From positions 1-64,000 of the IMG/VR virus record IMGVR_UViG_3300025314_000001: a stretch of 64,000 nucleotides of DNA; one strand, written 5' to 3'. Position numbers and translations under genes: made by a program. The notes under the pieces were generated by a model. That model was given only the letters and a program-made list of their open reading frames with translations, did not search any database and had not been told where the DNA came from. Below, in pieces: positions 33,770-43,912 of the stretch. Each line of letters opens with the position of its first letter. Position 1 is the first letter of the stretch. The stretch comes from a virus.

Positions 33770-34599
33770 CAGACAGCCATGATGGTTCGGGTGGACGGAA
33801 ACATCGTGGGTGGAGTTAGAGTTCCAGCAACCGGGATTGCGCCAATAACGTCACCAAGCACACCTACTTGGTAGAGATTGATCCACTGCAATGCCGTCAT
33901 AGACATCCATTGGCCGCTCTTCATTTTGAGCTTCACTTGGTCGCCGTTGCTGGCCACATTGAAGATCTGCGTCCCGTCGGGGCCTGATAGCTGAAGCCCT
34001 GCCACCGATTCACCGGCGGCGTTCGAGCAGTAGAACATCCATTTGCCGTCTTTGAGGATGCACCCCGAGAGGTCGCGTGCCGAGTTGTCGGTGATGCGCC
34101 CCGCGCCCATCTTGATCCCGTAGGTTGGACCCAGCGTAATGAAACGGTCCTGATAATCGCTGAGCGTGACCGACCTTGCCTTGATGACCAAGTCGACCTC
34201 GGGGCCGAAGTCCATCTTGGCCTTGGTGGCCGAGTGCTGGGTTGCTGGGGCGTTGCTCGCAACGGCGAGAATGAACCCAGCCCCCGGGGTCTCCTGAAAC
34301 CCGGCGGGGATGCCCACCAAGACCTCTTCCCCGTCTTCGGGGATGAAATTCAGGGGTCGGGTGATACGGCAGAGGATCTGCATTCCTCCGGCGCGCCCGT
34401 CGCGCGGCTTCTTGTCCTCCCCGGGGCGGTACCCGCGATAGAGCGTCACCTTGACCAGCGTGCGCTCGCCCCCATCGAGGTCGTAGTGTGGCTTCCCGTC
34501 GTCCCATCCGACGGTGCCGCTCTCGAGCCGTCCGCCATCTTCCTGGGCGGGGCCGTAGCACTCCATGGCCCGGCGGAAGCTATCGCCTTCACTGCTCAT
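33769..34599 (-). CDS. Baseplate spike (gpV/gp45-like)
   Basis: OB-like N-terminus with FIPEDGEEVLVGIPAG, beta-repeat C-terminus; follows the hub. Confidence 0.7.
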   Translation of the reverse strand: MSSEGDSFRRAMECYGPAQEDGGRLESGTVGWDDGKPHYDLDGGERTLVKVTLYRGYRPGEDKKPRDGRAGGMQILCRITRPLNFIPEDGEEVLVGIPAGFQETPGAGFILAVASNAPATQHSATKAKMDFGPEVDLVIKARSVTLSDYQDRFITLGPTYGIKMGAGRITDNSARDLSGCILKDGKWMFYCSNAAGESVAGLQLSGPDGTQIFNVASNGDQVKLKMKSGQWMSMTALQWINLYQVGVLGDVIGAIPVAGTLTPPTMFPSTRTIMAV

Positions 34600-35981
34600 G
34601 TCGTCGCCTCATACGCGCTTCCGTCTAGCTGGATGCGGTTGATGTACTCGATTGAAATCTCGAACGTTCCGTCGTCGCGGCTCACGTCAAACACGATCTG
34701 GCAGCTCTTGACCATGAAGACCGACGGTAGCCCGGCGATGATTTCGGCGTTCTTTGCGATGAGCTCCGCCGCGTCGCTCGAGTATCCGCGCCGGGTCAGG
34801 TAGTTGATGCGCTCTTGGGTGCTGCCGAGCTTCACCAGGCGGTTTCGGTCTGCCGGGTCAATCGAGACCTCGATCGAGTCGCCGGCCTTCAGGTTGAGTA
34901 GGTCAAACTCTCCGAGCTGCATCGTCGAGACCTTCATCTCGGCCGTGGTGCAGCGCCCGGTGAGTTCCTGCCGGCTCCGCTCTTCCCAGATCCGCTCGGC
35001 CATCGTATCGAGCCACGCCTGGTCGGAGATCCCTGGAACTTGGAGATACTCGCGGTCTTCGCCCTGCAGAGCCGCCGCCTCCGACTTGGCCTTCTTGGCT
35101 GCGATCCGCTTCTTCTTTGCCCTTGGGTCTCCGATGGGCGGGAAGAACGATTCAATCACCTGCGATGTTTCTGGGTTGAAGCTCGTGAGGGCAATCCCCT
35201 TGTGCGCCAGGTAGCCAGAGCGGGACTCTTCCCAGCTCTTGATGTTCCGACCCCACACGAGCTTCGGGGTCGTCGTCTGGCCCGTGTAGAGGTCGGTGGC
35301 GGTTGAGACGATGCAGGCGTCGAGGTCGATCCAGCTGACGAGCCCCAGCATCCCGACGCAGTGCTGCCACACCGACCACGCATCGGAGTCGGGCTTGGTG
35401 TGGACCTTGCCGGCTTTACGGAAGCGCTCGGGGACCGCCTTGCCGATTTGTGCGCTCTTGTCGACGTCCCCCAAGAACAGCAGCCGGTCCTTCAGAACCT
35501 CCGCCCCGGGGGTCTGAGAGACGACCCGGCGCCACGCATCCTCGAGGGTGTCGGAGTACAGGGGGGTGCCGCTCGACCCGAACGGCTTGGCCATGATAAA
35601 AAGGCTCGTGTAGTCGACGCACGTCATGTGCACGGCCGGCGGAGCACCTTCGGCCATCTCATTGCTGACGTTCCGGGCGTGACCGAGGAACCGAAGCTCG
35701 GTTTCTCCGGGTCCCCAGGACCCAAACTCGTCGGCGTTGGCCAAGTAGAACTCGACCTCCGTATCGTCCAAGAGCCGAGGGTCAATACCGCTCTCCATCC
35801 AGTCGATATCGAGCTCCAGCGTGTCCGCCTGATTGTGGTCCTGACGGTCGATGCGCGCCTGCCGGGGGCGCACTTCGAGCCGAACGACGTCGGTCGACTT
35901 GGCTTGGCGGATCCGTTGCTCACGAGTCCCGAGTACCGGGACCGTCAGCATCGCCAGCATCCGCGGGCGGTAGAGAGGCAT
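34596..35981 (-). CDS. Baseplate hub (gpD/gp27-like)
   Basis: Size and position between the LysM protein and the spike; CVDYTSL and LKAGDSIEV type motifs. Confidence 0.7.
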   Translation of the reverse strand: MPLYRPRMLAMLTVPVLGTREQRIRQAKSTDVVRLEVRPRQARIDRQDHNQADTLELDIDWMESGIDPRLLDDTEVEFYLANADEFGSWGPGETELRFLGHARNVSNEMAEGAPPAVHMTCVDYTSLFIMAKPFGSSGTPLYSDTLEDAWRRVVSQTPGAEVLKDRLLFLGDVDKSAQIGKAVPERFRKAGKVHTKPDSDAWSVWQHCVGMLGLVSWIDLDACIVSTATDLYTGQTTTPKLVWGRNIKSWEESRSGYLAHKGIALTSFNPETSQVIESFFPPIGDPRAKKKRIAAKKAKSEAAALQGEDREYLQVPGISDQAWLDTMAERIWEERSRQELTGRCTTAEMKVSTMQLGEFDLLNLKAGDSIEVSIDPADRNRLVKLGSTQERINYLTRRGYSSDAAELIAKNAEIIAGLPSVFMVKSCQIVFDVSRDDGTFEISIEYINRIQLDGSAYEATT

Positions 35982-35984
35982 GGG

Positions 35985-37043
35985 CTACTTGGGGATCCTG
36001 TACGTTGCCCCTTCGCGCGGGGGCTGCCCGGCATCGATGCCGTTGGCCTGCCGGACGGCGTCGGCCTTCTCGGCGGAGCCCGCTTTATTCCGTGCGATGC
36101 TCTCCCAGGTGTCTCCGCCGCGTGCCGTGTAGAGCGAGAGCGTCTGGCCGCGCTCGGCCAGCACCGTCTGCCGGTCGAGCTCCGCCGCCGTTCTGAGTGC
36201 CTGGTACTGGCCGTCGCTGAACTCCGCCCGGAGGCCCAGGAAGGTCTGAATGTCCTCGGCGCGCTCGGTCTCGAGGGCCGCGTTGGCCAGGAGGTCGTCG
36301 TAGGTCGTGTGAAGGCGCACCAGCACGGTCTGGAACTGCCGGTTGGTGGCCCTGAGGGACCGGAGGGCAGCGAAGGGGGCGTTGGCGAGCGAGTCGATCT
36401 GGCCGGCCACACTCAGGAGCGATGACGAGACGGAGTTCATGGAGGCCAGAAGTCCGTTCAGGAGGGCGAGTACCGATCCCTTGAGCCTCGGCTGCTTCGA
36501 AAAGTCGACATCGACGAGCCGAAGGGCAGCGATGATCTCGCCGATGTACTCCTTCGGGCGCTTCGAACTGATGAGCTCGGGGGTGACGAGCAGGAAGTTG
36601 TCGCGGTCGATCTGAATGTGCATCGACCAGACAACTTCTCCGCGGCCTTCGTGGGTCGAGTCGAACTGGTCGATGAAACCCCCAAGCGACAGGATGTTTC
36701 CCCAGGTGACCAAGACTTCCTGCCGGTCATCAACGAAGCTCCGCATTACCTCGTTCATCGCATCAGCAGCCTCGCTCCCGAGGTAGCGGTCCGACCAGCG
36801 GCCATTCAGGTCGATAGGCTCGAAGCGTCGCCCGAATTCGTGCCTCGTGGGCTCGGTGTCTCCGGAGTAGTAGACGGTCTCGTTGGCGATCTTCAGCGAG
36901 TTCTTGACGACCGTTCCGTGCCGGGGGCGCCCCAAGGGGGCGTACTTTCCGGGCAGAGAAATGCGCTTGCGCTTTGCCCCGAGCTGCTCGAACGACCAGA
37001 TGTCGTTGGCGCCCGCTACGGCGGCCGGCATGGACATCGTCAT
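35985..37043 (-). CDS. Tail tube initiator with C-terminal LysM domain
   Basis: YTARGGDTWESIARN...AVRQANGI...YRIP; start MTMSMP overlaps the TMP stop. Confidence 0.8.
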   Translation of the reverse strand: MTMSMPAAVAGANDIWSFEQLGAKRKRISLPGKYAPLGRPRHGTVVKNSLKIANETVYYSGDTEPTRHEFGRRFEPIDLNGRWSDRYLGSEAADAMNEVMRSFVDDRQEVLVTWGNILSLGGFIDQFDSTHEGRGEVVWSMHIQIDRDNFLLVTPELISSKRPKEYIGEIIAALRLVDVDFSKQPRLKGSVLALLNGLLASMNSVSSSLLSVAGQIDSLANAPFAALRSLRATNRQFQTVLVRLHTTYDDLLANAALETERAEDIQTFLGLRAEFSDGQYQALRTAAELDRQTVLAERGQTLSLYTARGGDTWESIARNKAGSAEKADAVRQANGIDAGQPPREGATYRIPK

Positions 37044-38950
37044 GGCACGGCGTTCCTGGCGCTGAAGTTCGTGGCGTAGCCCGAGGTCCGCTTGACCTTC
37101 GCGAACTTGCCGAGCTCGTCCAGGACGCCGCGGGCGAAGCGGCTCGGGTTCTGGTTCGTCGTGACGACGATCTCGACCTTCTGGATTGATGTGCCGCCGC
37201 CTCCGCCGTGCTTCGGCGTTGACTTCTTCGGGTCCTGCTCTCCCTCGCGTGTGCCTGTTCCCTCCTTGGGGTCTGGAGGTCTCCACCCTCGCGGCATAAC
37301 TTTTCCGCCCCACGTGCCAAACATATTGTACTCTTGCATCGGCGAGATCTCGATGCTCGGCGGGCGGATCGAGGCTAAGTTACCGAGCTCCCTGGTGGCG
37401 CTCCTTAGCCCCACAACGAAGTCATCGATGGCCAGCGGAGCTCCCGTGCCGATGTTCGTGATCAGCTTCTGAGTGGCGTCGTCCTCCATCTTCTTGGTAG
37501 CGGCCATCTTCCGCTGTTCCTCGTCGGCTTTTACCGATGCATCCGCCAAACCGGCAATGACGCCGGCCAGGAGAACCATCGACATTCCCATCGCGGCCGT
37601 GCCCGCCATGCCTCCCGCGGCGAGCCCGCCAAGAGCCGTTCCGCCGGCGCCGGCGCCTGCTGCAGTTGCCGCGGCGGCCGCGCCCCCCGCGCCCACGGTG
37701 GTCAGCATCCCAGGGTTCAGCAACGACATCATCTGCATGGTTCCCGCGCCCATCTTGAGGAGGTCGCCGCCGATGCTGAGACCGCCCATGCCGACCTTCA
37801 GGGCCAGGTAGGCCTCTGCCAGGTGGATCAGCTTGTCGATGGTCCCGGGATCCTTCAGCGCCTCCTTCATGGTTTCGCCAAAGGACTTCACGGTCGGCGC
37901 AATGTCCTCCCAGATCGCGCTCAGGCGATAGTAGGCGTTGGTCGCGAATTCGCGGAGCGATGGCCACCATTCTTGAATGGTCCGTTTTCCCCACTCAAAC
38001 GCGGAGGACAACCGTTCTCCGATGCTTTCCGCCCAGTACTTGACCTGGTCCTGGTTCCGCGTGAACCAGTCGTTGAACCAGCTCAGGACCTCTTTCCCCT
38101 TCTCGAACATCGGGGCCGTAGCGAGCCGAAGGAAGGTCTTACCGTTGTCGATCGCCGTACTGAACATCGCATCGAAACTCTTCTCGTAGAGCCCGATGAC
38201 CGGCGCGTACTTGTCGAGCTCAGTGCGGAGCTTCTCCAGCCGCTTATCCGGCGCCATCTTGTTGAACTCTTCGGCTTTGGCCCCCGTGAGCCCCATGATG
38301 CGCGTGCCGAATACGTTGTGGGCTCCGGATCGCCCAGAGAGCAACTGCCCCATCTCGCGCGCCACCATGTCCATCGGTAGCTGAGACACGGCCCCCGCGG
38401 CCATGACGTTCGACGCCATCTTGCGCCACTCGGCGGGGTTCATCCCGGTTTGAAACGCCGGGATGGCGCCGGTCACGAAGATGTTCCGGAGGTCCTGGAA
38501 CTCGCCCGGTAGCGCCGCGGCTTCCTTGCGCATCTCGGCAACCTGCTCGGCCGCCATCTGCATACCGCTCTGGACGTTCTTGGTGATGCCCTGGGCGGCG
38601 AAGACCCCCGCCAAGGCGATCTGCGCGCCCTCCGCCTCCTTGTTGAGGCCCATGACACCGTAGGTGATGCCGGCGATACCGGCGGCCGCCGCGCCCCCGA
38701 TGGCCATCTTGGCCATGCTGGCCCCGATGCCGACGACTCTGTCGGCGACGCGCTCTAGCGAATGGATCATCCCACCGGCGCCCGCCACGAACTGATTGGC
38801 TCCCTCGCGCAGCGACGCGAATCGATTCTTGATCCCGCCGAGGTTCCGGTCGAGATGAACGGCCTTCTGCGAAGCCGTCGCCATCGCGACGGCACCGAAG
38901 TCCCCCGTCTTACTGAGGTTCAGCTCTACCGTGTACTTGGTGTCAGCCAT
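37040..38950 (-). CDS. Tape measure protein
   Basis: Ala/Gly-rich helical 636-aa protein upstream of the LysM and hub genes. Confidence 0.85.
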   Translation of the reverse strand: MADTKYTVELNLSKTGDFGAVAMATASQKAVHLDRNLGGIKNRFASLREGANQFVAGAGGMIHSLERVADRVVGIGASMAKMAIGGAAAAGIAGITYGVMGLNKEAEGAQIALAGVFAAQGITKNVQSGMQMAAEQVAEMRKEAAALPGEFQDLRNIFVTGAIPAFQTGMNPAEWRKMASNVMAAGAVSQLPMDMVAREMGQLLSGRSGAHNVFGTRIMGLTGAKAEEFNKMAPDKRLEKLRTELDKYAPVIGLYEKSFDAMFSTAIDNGKTFLRLATAPMFEKGKEVLSWFNDWFTRNQDQVKYWAESIGERLSSAFEWGKRTIQEWWPSLREFATNAYYRLSAIWEDIAPTVKSFGETMKEALKDPGTIDKLIHLAEAYLALKVGMGGLSIGGDLLKMGAGTMQMMSLLNPGMLTTVGAGGAAAAATAAGAGAGGTALGGLAAGGMAGTAAMGMSMVLLAGVIAGLADASVKADEEQRKMAATKKMEDDATQKLITNIGTGAPLAIDDFVVGLRSATRELGNLASIRPPSIEISPMQEYNMFGTWGGKVMPRGWRPPDPKEGTGTREGEQDPKKSTPKHGGGGGTSIQKVEIVVTTNQNPSRFARGVLDELGKFAKVKRTSGYATNFSARNAVP

Positions 38951-40152
38951 CAGGAAACCGCCTGCACGGTGAGCCGCACGCCGTCCGAAGCTAGGTAATA
39001 GTGGGGTAGCAGAACGTCACCCGAAGGCACCCACCGCGCCGCCGTCTCTGTAACCGCTGTCCCATCAGGGTTGGTCAGTGACACACTCGGAACCCCCACG
39101 ATGCGCCGGTCTGCGTTGCAGATGGCGCCGGCTAAGGTCTTGTTCGTGTAGGTCCACCATCCCGGCCGCACGTCGAAATACCACTTGCAGGCCTTGATGA
39201 CGGCCGCCATGAGCTCGGTCGCATCCACGGTCTCCCGGGTCTGTACCGTGGCGTGAACTACGGTACGTATGCTTTGGATGCCCAGCACTTCCACGGATGC
39301 CCCGAACCCGAGCCAACTTCGCTGCCCGTCTCTTCCACGGAGGTCCTGGGCGAGCAGGCTCCGCAGCGCGTCTGACCAGGCCCAGGAAGCGTCGGCAACG
39401 TAGACCACGCCCCGGTGCCCATCTGGGTCGTGGAAGTACGCGGCGTGCCGAACCCCCCGGCCAGCGCTCAGCACTCCGGCCAGGACCGCAGAGTCGTTAG
39501 GTCCCTGCCGCCCGAGGTAGCAGTGACGGCCAATGTCTCGAATCACCGAATCATCGAGGCCTGTGCTGCCTCCACCCGCCACGATGTCGTAGACGGTGAA
39601 CGCGGGGTCGAACATCGGCTCACAGGTACCGACATTCAGGCCGTCCAGGTAGGGCGTGTTCCCGTGCTCACCGGTGGCCGAGCAGACGATGGAGAGTCCG
39701 ACTGCCGGAGAGTTTGGTGGCACTACGGCCGGCTGGGTGATGGTGTACTCGGCGCCCAAGATCGGTGGGTTCGCCTGGTCGTCGGCGGTCTTGAAGATCT
39801 TCTGCCCCACCCGAATGACTCCCCCCGGCATGTTTCCGGAGACGGGGCGCACCAACACAGCTTCGCCGATTGCCGCCGTTCCTGCGTCGGCTGACAGGAT
39901 CGCGAAGCACTCGGACAGGACGAGTTCTCGGAGTCCATCCCCGTCGGCCTTGGTCAGGCGCGCTTGGAAGAGCTCGTCCTTCAGCCTCGAACGACAAATG
40001 GCCGCCTGGGCAACCCATCCTTCGACGGCGTCACCGTAGCGGCCTGCGTAGAGGTGCGAATACGCCCTCCTTCGATTGTCGTAAAGGAATTGCGCTGCAG
40101 CACTCCGATAGTCCGCGAGTCGCGGAATCTGGTCAGTCCTCGGAATCGGCAT
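38950..40152 (-). CDS. Baseplate J-like protein (copy 2)
   Basis: RLTKADGDGLREL, VCSATGEHGN, AGGGSTGLDDSVIR motifs. Confidence 0.7.
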   Translation of the reverse strand: MPIPRTDQIPRLADYRSAAAQFLYDNRRRAYSHLYAGRYGDAVEGWVAQAAICRSRLKDELFQARLTKADGDGLRELVLSECFAILSADAGTAAIGEAVLVRPVSGNMPGGVIRVGQKIFKTADDQANPPILGAEYTITQPAVVPPNSPAVGLSIVCSATGEHGNTPYLDGLNVGTCEPMFDPAFTVYDIVAGGGSTGLDDSVIRDIGRHCYLGRQGPNDSAVLAGVLSAGRGVRHAAYFHDPDGHRGVVYVADASWAWSDALRSLLAQDLRGRDGQRSWLGFGASVEVLGIQSIRTVVHATVQTRETVDATELMAAVIKACKWYFDVRPGWWTYTNKTLAGAICNADRRIVGVPSVSLTNPDGTAVTETAARWVPSGDVLLPHYYLASDGVRLTVQAVS

Positions 40153-40830
40153 GGTCGTCGTCGGGCTGCAGCGTTACGGTCTTGTCGTCGTCGCGCGGCG
40201 AGTTTTCTTCGTTCACGATCTCAGCGAGGCTTGCGATGAACGCGGCTCGGTAGAACGGCCTCCACCCTCGACTTTCCGAGGGCGGGACGTTCCCGTACCG
40301 AGCGATATAGGCCTCATTTTTGACTTGAGCGAAGTAACGTCCCCAGTACTCTCCCGGTCGTCCACGGTACCACTTCAGACGACCTGAATCGCTTTTCCCA
40401 TCAGCTCCTGGACCTCACCGTAAGTCACGTGGTGAAGTTTTGCGTAGAGCTGCTTCAGTGCCTCAAGGTCCTTGACCTTCAGGAGTCCGCCGCCGCCCGA
40501 TTGCATCAGCTGAGCGTTCATCCGCTTGAACTTGACCTCATTCAGCGCCGGGTAGTTCGCTGGGTCGACCGGATGCTCGGAGATCTCGACCGTGAATCGG
40601 TTGGCGCCGAGTCGCTGCATGGACTTCTGTAGCTTGTCCATCCATTCGCTTTCCCTGCCGACCGGGGGCGGACCCACCATGATGTTTGCGGTGCTTTCGA
40701 ATCCGGCGATCGTGTCTTCATCGAGTTCTCGGAAGCGCACTACGCGCCCCGAGAACCCGAATCCGAACAGAGGCACCTGGTAACATGTGCCACCGTCGGT
40801 GGCCGTAACTTCGCTGACTTCCGTCTTCAT
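40133..40830 (-). CDS. Tail assembly chaperone, long (G-T) form via -1 frameshift at GGGAAAA (40399-40393)
   Basis: ATG GGA AAA slippery heptamer; the -1 frame is open for 86 codons (SDSGRLKWYRG...AYIARYGNVPPSE...) to TGA at 40135-40133. Confidence 0.85.
40375..40830 (-). CDS. Tail assembly chaperone, short (G) form
   Basis: Follows the tube gene; ends ELMGKAIQVV. Confidence 0.85.
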   Translation of the reverse strand: MKTEVSEVTATDGGTCYQVPLFGFGFSGRVVRFRELDEDTIAGFESTANIMVGPPPVGRESEWMDKLQKSMQRLGANRFTVEISEHPVDPANYPALNEVKFKRMNAQLMQSGGGGLLKVKDLEALKQLYAKLHHVTYGEVQELMGKAIQVV

Positions 40831-40885
40831 GATGCACGACTCCCTTTGCTCCTGTTGACCCCCCACGGACCCGAGCGCTGTGGCC

Positions 40886-41329
40886 TTACAGCGTCAGACC
40901 CTTGATGTACTTGACCCGTACCTTGAGCGGCATTTCGTTACGCTGCCGCTGCCCGCCTACGCTCATCTTCCAGGGTAGGATGGTGAATCCCGCCATGGTG
41001 AGCGCCTTCTGTGTCCCGTCGTTGAACGTGACCTTCACGGCCACCCAGCCCTCTAACGGCTCGGTGTTCGAGTCGGTGTTGTCGGTGTCGACTAGAAGTC
41101 GCTCCAAGAGCTCGAACTTCGTCTGCTTCGTCTGGAGCTCGATCTCGTAGAACTTCGTCAGCTTCTGCGAATCCGTGCGGTCTTCACCGCAGAAGTCATC
41201 CTCGACCACGTCTGCGACCTCGTCGATCGTGAAGGACACGACGTCGATCGCTGTCTGCTGGTCGTCCAAGCTGAAGAGCCACTTGGCGTTTTTGCCCGCC
41301 CATTTCGGTGTGCGCGTACCACGTGCCAT
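40886..41329 (-). CDS. Tail tube protein
   Basis: 147 aa, beta-rich, immediately after the sheath. Confidence 0.75.
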   Translation of the reverse strand: MARGTRTPKWAGKNAKWLFSLDDQQTAIDVVSFTIDEVADVVEDDFCGEDRTDSQKLTKFYEIELQTKQTKFELLERLLVDTDNTDSNTEPLEGWVAVKVTFNDGTQKALTMAGFTILPWKMSVGGQRQRNEMPLKVRVKYIKGLTL

Positions 41330-41373
41330 GTCTATTCTCCCAGTTACGGAAATAGTGCTGTGTAACGCGCCGG

Positions 41374-42885
41374 TTAGGACGCCGTGACCGTGACGGTTTC
41401 CCCGAACTTCATGCTGAGGAAGATCCGGTCCATCCCGCTCGAGGTCGTCACATCGAGCGGCACGATGAAGTTGCCCTCCGCAATGGATTGCGGGGAGTTT
41501 GCTGCTGCGCGGTCGCCGAAGCCGTAATCGACGACGTGCGGCATCTTCAGCGGGTCGAGCTTCACGTTCTTCTTTAGGTTCGACATGAAGCGGTCGATGG
41601 CGATAATGACGTCGTCTTGGATGACCTGAACGTTCGGCGCGCCGGCGAAGTCGCGCAGGCTGCTGACGACACTGGTCGCGATGTAGTGACCGATGCGGGT
41701 GCGGGTGATCCGCTTCTTGGCTGGCGTCGACGGCGCAATCGTCGTCACGCCACCCTCGAAGCTCCAGCCGCCGTTCGGCTCTTTGATGATGGTGTTGATC
41801 CCACGCAGGGTGTTCGATCCCGCGGCTTCGCCGCGCGACGTCTCGAGTGAGACGATGCCGTTCAGCATTTCTCGGATGAATCCCGCTTTGCAGGCCGGCG
41901 AAGTGGACGGCGAGATCTGCGTCATGACCGACGCCAAGAACGAATCCCCCGGCACGAGCCGAAGCGTTCCGTCAATGTCGTCGCGGATCCGTACCCAACC
42001 GTCGACGTAGGCTGCTTGCCAGGACGAGTAACCAGAGGTGGCGACGTCGGTCTGGGCTTGCGCCAGCGTGAGCCCAGAGTCCCCGTGGATCAGTGCCATC
42101 CGGTCGCCCATGAGGGTCGCGTGAGCCACGAGCCCCGCCATGACGCCGGCTCGGTCAACGTCTCCGGGGTCATCCGCAAAGACGACCCGCACGTCTCGGT
42201 CGGACTCGGCTAGCGCTAGACCGTAGTCTCCGGACCCAGCCGTACCGAGGTAACGCGCCGAGTTTACGGTGCCGTCGGAACCGGTGCTGAAGCTTCCGGT
42301 GCCGTCTGTCGGACGTCCCGTGTTCGAGCGCGTCATGGACCCGAGCAGGATGCATCCCGTTGTCGTCGGGTCCGTGTAGGACGACCCCGACGCATCGACG
42401 TTGCGCAGGATGTCTGAGCTGGTACCGCTCGCCCCGGTGATCGTGATCGTTAGGTCGAAGTGGTTGGCGTCTCCGTCGGATGCGGCGGCGATGGTCCACG
42501 TGACGGAGTTGCCGGCGGCCCCAACGTACTTCAGCGTGGCGACCAGGATGGTGGTTCCGCCATTCACTAGGTTCGCCGTCGCCTTCGCCGCTGCGCTCCC
42601 GACGGCGCGCACGATACGGAGGTCGTACCAGCCCTTTTTTAGCAGTGCGAGATACCCTGAACCGGTGCGGGTCATCCCGGGAGGCGCCATCGTCAACGCC
42701 AGGTCTCCGATGTTCGTCGGGTGAAAGGGCGTTGCCTGGTCGACATGGGTGGGACCCCACGGGAACTGTCCCAGTAGTAACGCGGTAGCGGTCCCGGCGG
42801 ACTGCACCAGCGCCGGGGGCTCGCGCTCGATCGCGTAGATCCCCATCAACGTTGGAGTCGTGATGGATTGGACGAATACAGGCAT
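41374..42885 (-). CDS. Tail sheath protein
   Basis: GIYAIE, GQFPWGP, IVRAVG, LKYVGAAGN, GINTI, RITRTRI motifs. Confidence 0.92.
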   Translation of the reverse strand: MPVFVQSITTPTLMGIYAIEREPPALVQSAGTATALLLGQFPWGPTHVDQATPFHPTNIGDLALTMAPPGMTRTGSGYLALLKKGWYDLRIVRAVGSAAAKATANLVNGGTTILVATLKYVGAAGNSVTWTIAAASDGDANHFDLTITITGASGTSSDILRNVDASGSSYTDPTTTGCILLGSMTRSNTGRPTDGTGSFSTGSDGTVNSARYLGTAGSGDYGLALAESDRDVRVVFADDPGDVDRAGVMAGLVAHATLMGDRMALIHGDSGLTLAQAQTDVATSGYSSWQAAYVDGWVRIRDDIDGTLRLVPGDSFLASVMTQISPSTSPACKAGFIREMLNGIVSLETSRGEAAGSNTLRGINTIIKEPNGGWSFEGGVTTIAPSTPAKKRITRTRIGHYIATSVVSSLRDFAGAPNVQVIQDDVIIAIDRFMSNLKKNVKLDPLKMPHVVDYGFGDRAAANSPQSIAEGNFIVPLDVTTSSGMDRIFLSMKFGETVTVTAS

Positions 42886-43021
42886 TGCGCCCTCGTTTTG
42901 GTTGTGACGAGGGCAGAGCTTGCCCTCGGGTTCCTACGTCAGCTGAGCTCGTGGCTCAGGCAACCCAGATCGCTTCACCGTCTACGGTGATGTTTGCTCC
43001 GCCCAGTGTCAGATGGTCGTG

Positions 43022-43645
43022 TTACGGAATGCGATTGTCGAACACGTCAATCTCTTCACGCGGTAAGGCGCTGTCGAGCAGAATACCCAGCGCAATCCGT
43101 AACAGCTGCGGGCTTTGCGCGGTCACCGTCGCCACCATGTGGGCCTCCCCATCGATAGTGGCGCGCCACTCATTGACCCGAACTGGGCTCGGAGAATCCG
43201 TGATGTCCGGGGGGTCGAAATCGAAGTCGACGTGCCCTTCGAACCCGTCGAGCTGAGCGTTGAACTCGAGCAGGATTCCGTCGCGTACCGGGTTGCCGGC
43301 GCCCAACGTGAAGAGCGGACCCTTGTGCAGTACGTCCTCCAGGTCCGCCAGCATCTGGTCTCGCTCGGCCTGGGACTGCGACCAGATGTCGATCTGGATG
43401 GGCTGATTCCGGTCTGCGAAACGCCACGTGTAGAGCCCCGTGGTCGCGTCCACCGGTACCATATCGACGTCGTCGATGTTAACCTGCTCGTCCTCGGCAG
43501 AGCCGGCGCACAGGATGGTCACGGCCCGCGGGGGAAGCGGTGCATCAGCCGCCGGCCACTCGTAGCTGATGACGGTGTCCGGCATCTGCCCAGCGATGAA
43601 CCGCCCAAGCGCCGCGCAGGCGGCTTTCTGGATGGGCTGGGTCAT
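43022..43645 (-). CDS. Tail terminator/completion protein
   Basis: IQIDIWSQSQAERD; upstream of the sheath. Confidence 0.65.
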   Translation of the reverse strand: MTQPIQKAACAALGRFIAGQMPDTVISYEWPAADAPLPPRAVTILCAGSAEDEQVNIDDVDMVPVDATTGLYTWRFADRNQPIQIDIWSQSQAERDQMLADLEDVLHKGPLFTLGAGNPVRDGILLEFNAQLDGFEGHVDFDFDPPDITDSPSPVRVNEWRATIDGEAHMVATVTAQSPQLLRIALGILLDSALPREEIDVFDNRIP

Positions 43646-43648
43646 GGG

Positions 43649-43912
43649 TCAAGCTTCCGGGAAGTCCGAGGCGCCGCAGCACTCACAGAAGTTGAATTCC
43701 TGTCCCATCCATAGACGCAGTACCAATGGGCGAAGGTGGTAGACGACCTCCGTGTCCTCGTGCCTCGGAGCATCGCAGAGCCGGGCGCGGCCCATGCGCA
43801 AGAGTAGGTTATCATGCGCCCTGTCCCACACCTGTACGTCGCAACGTTCAGGATCTGATTCCGCCTCGCCTAGAGCCACGAGTGCCGCAGCGGTCTGCCT
43901 GTCGTAGATCAT
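43649..43912 (-). CDS. Hypothetical protein (C-terminal Cys cluster)
   Basis: ATGA overlap; fills the operon. Confidence 0.5.
   Translation of the reverse strand: MIYDRQTAAALVALGEAESDPERCDVQVWDRAHDNLLLRMGRARLCDAPRHEDTEVVYHLRPLVLRLWMGQEFNFCECCGASDFPEA

Noticed and set aside
27326-42885. Stand-alone eCIS/tailocin
   Set aside because: Capsid, portal and terminase genes are in the same operon, so this is a phage.
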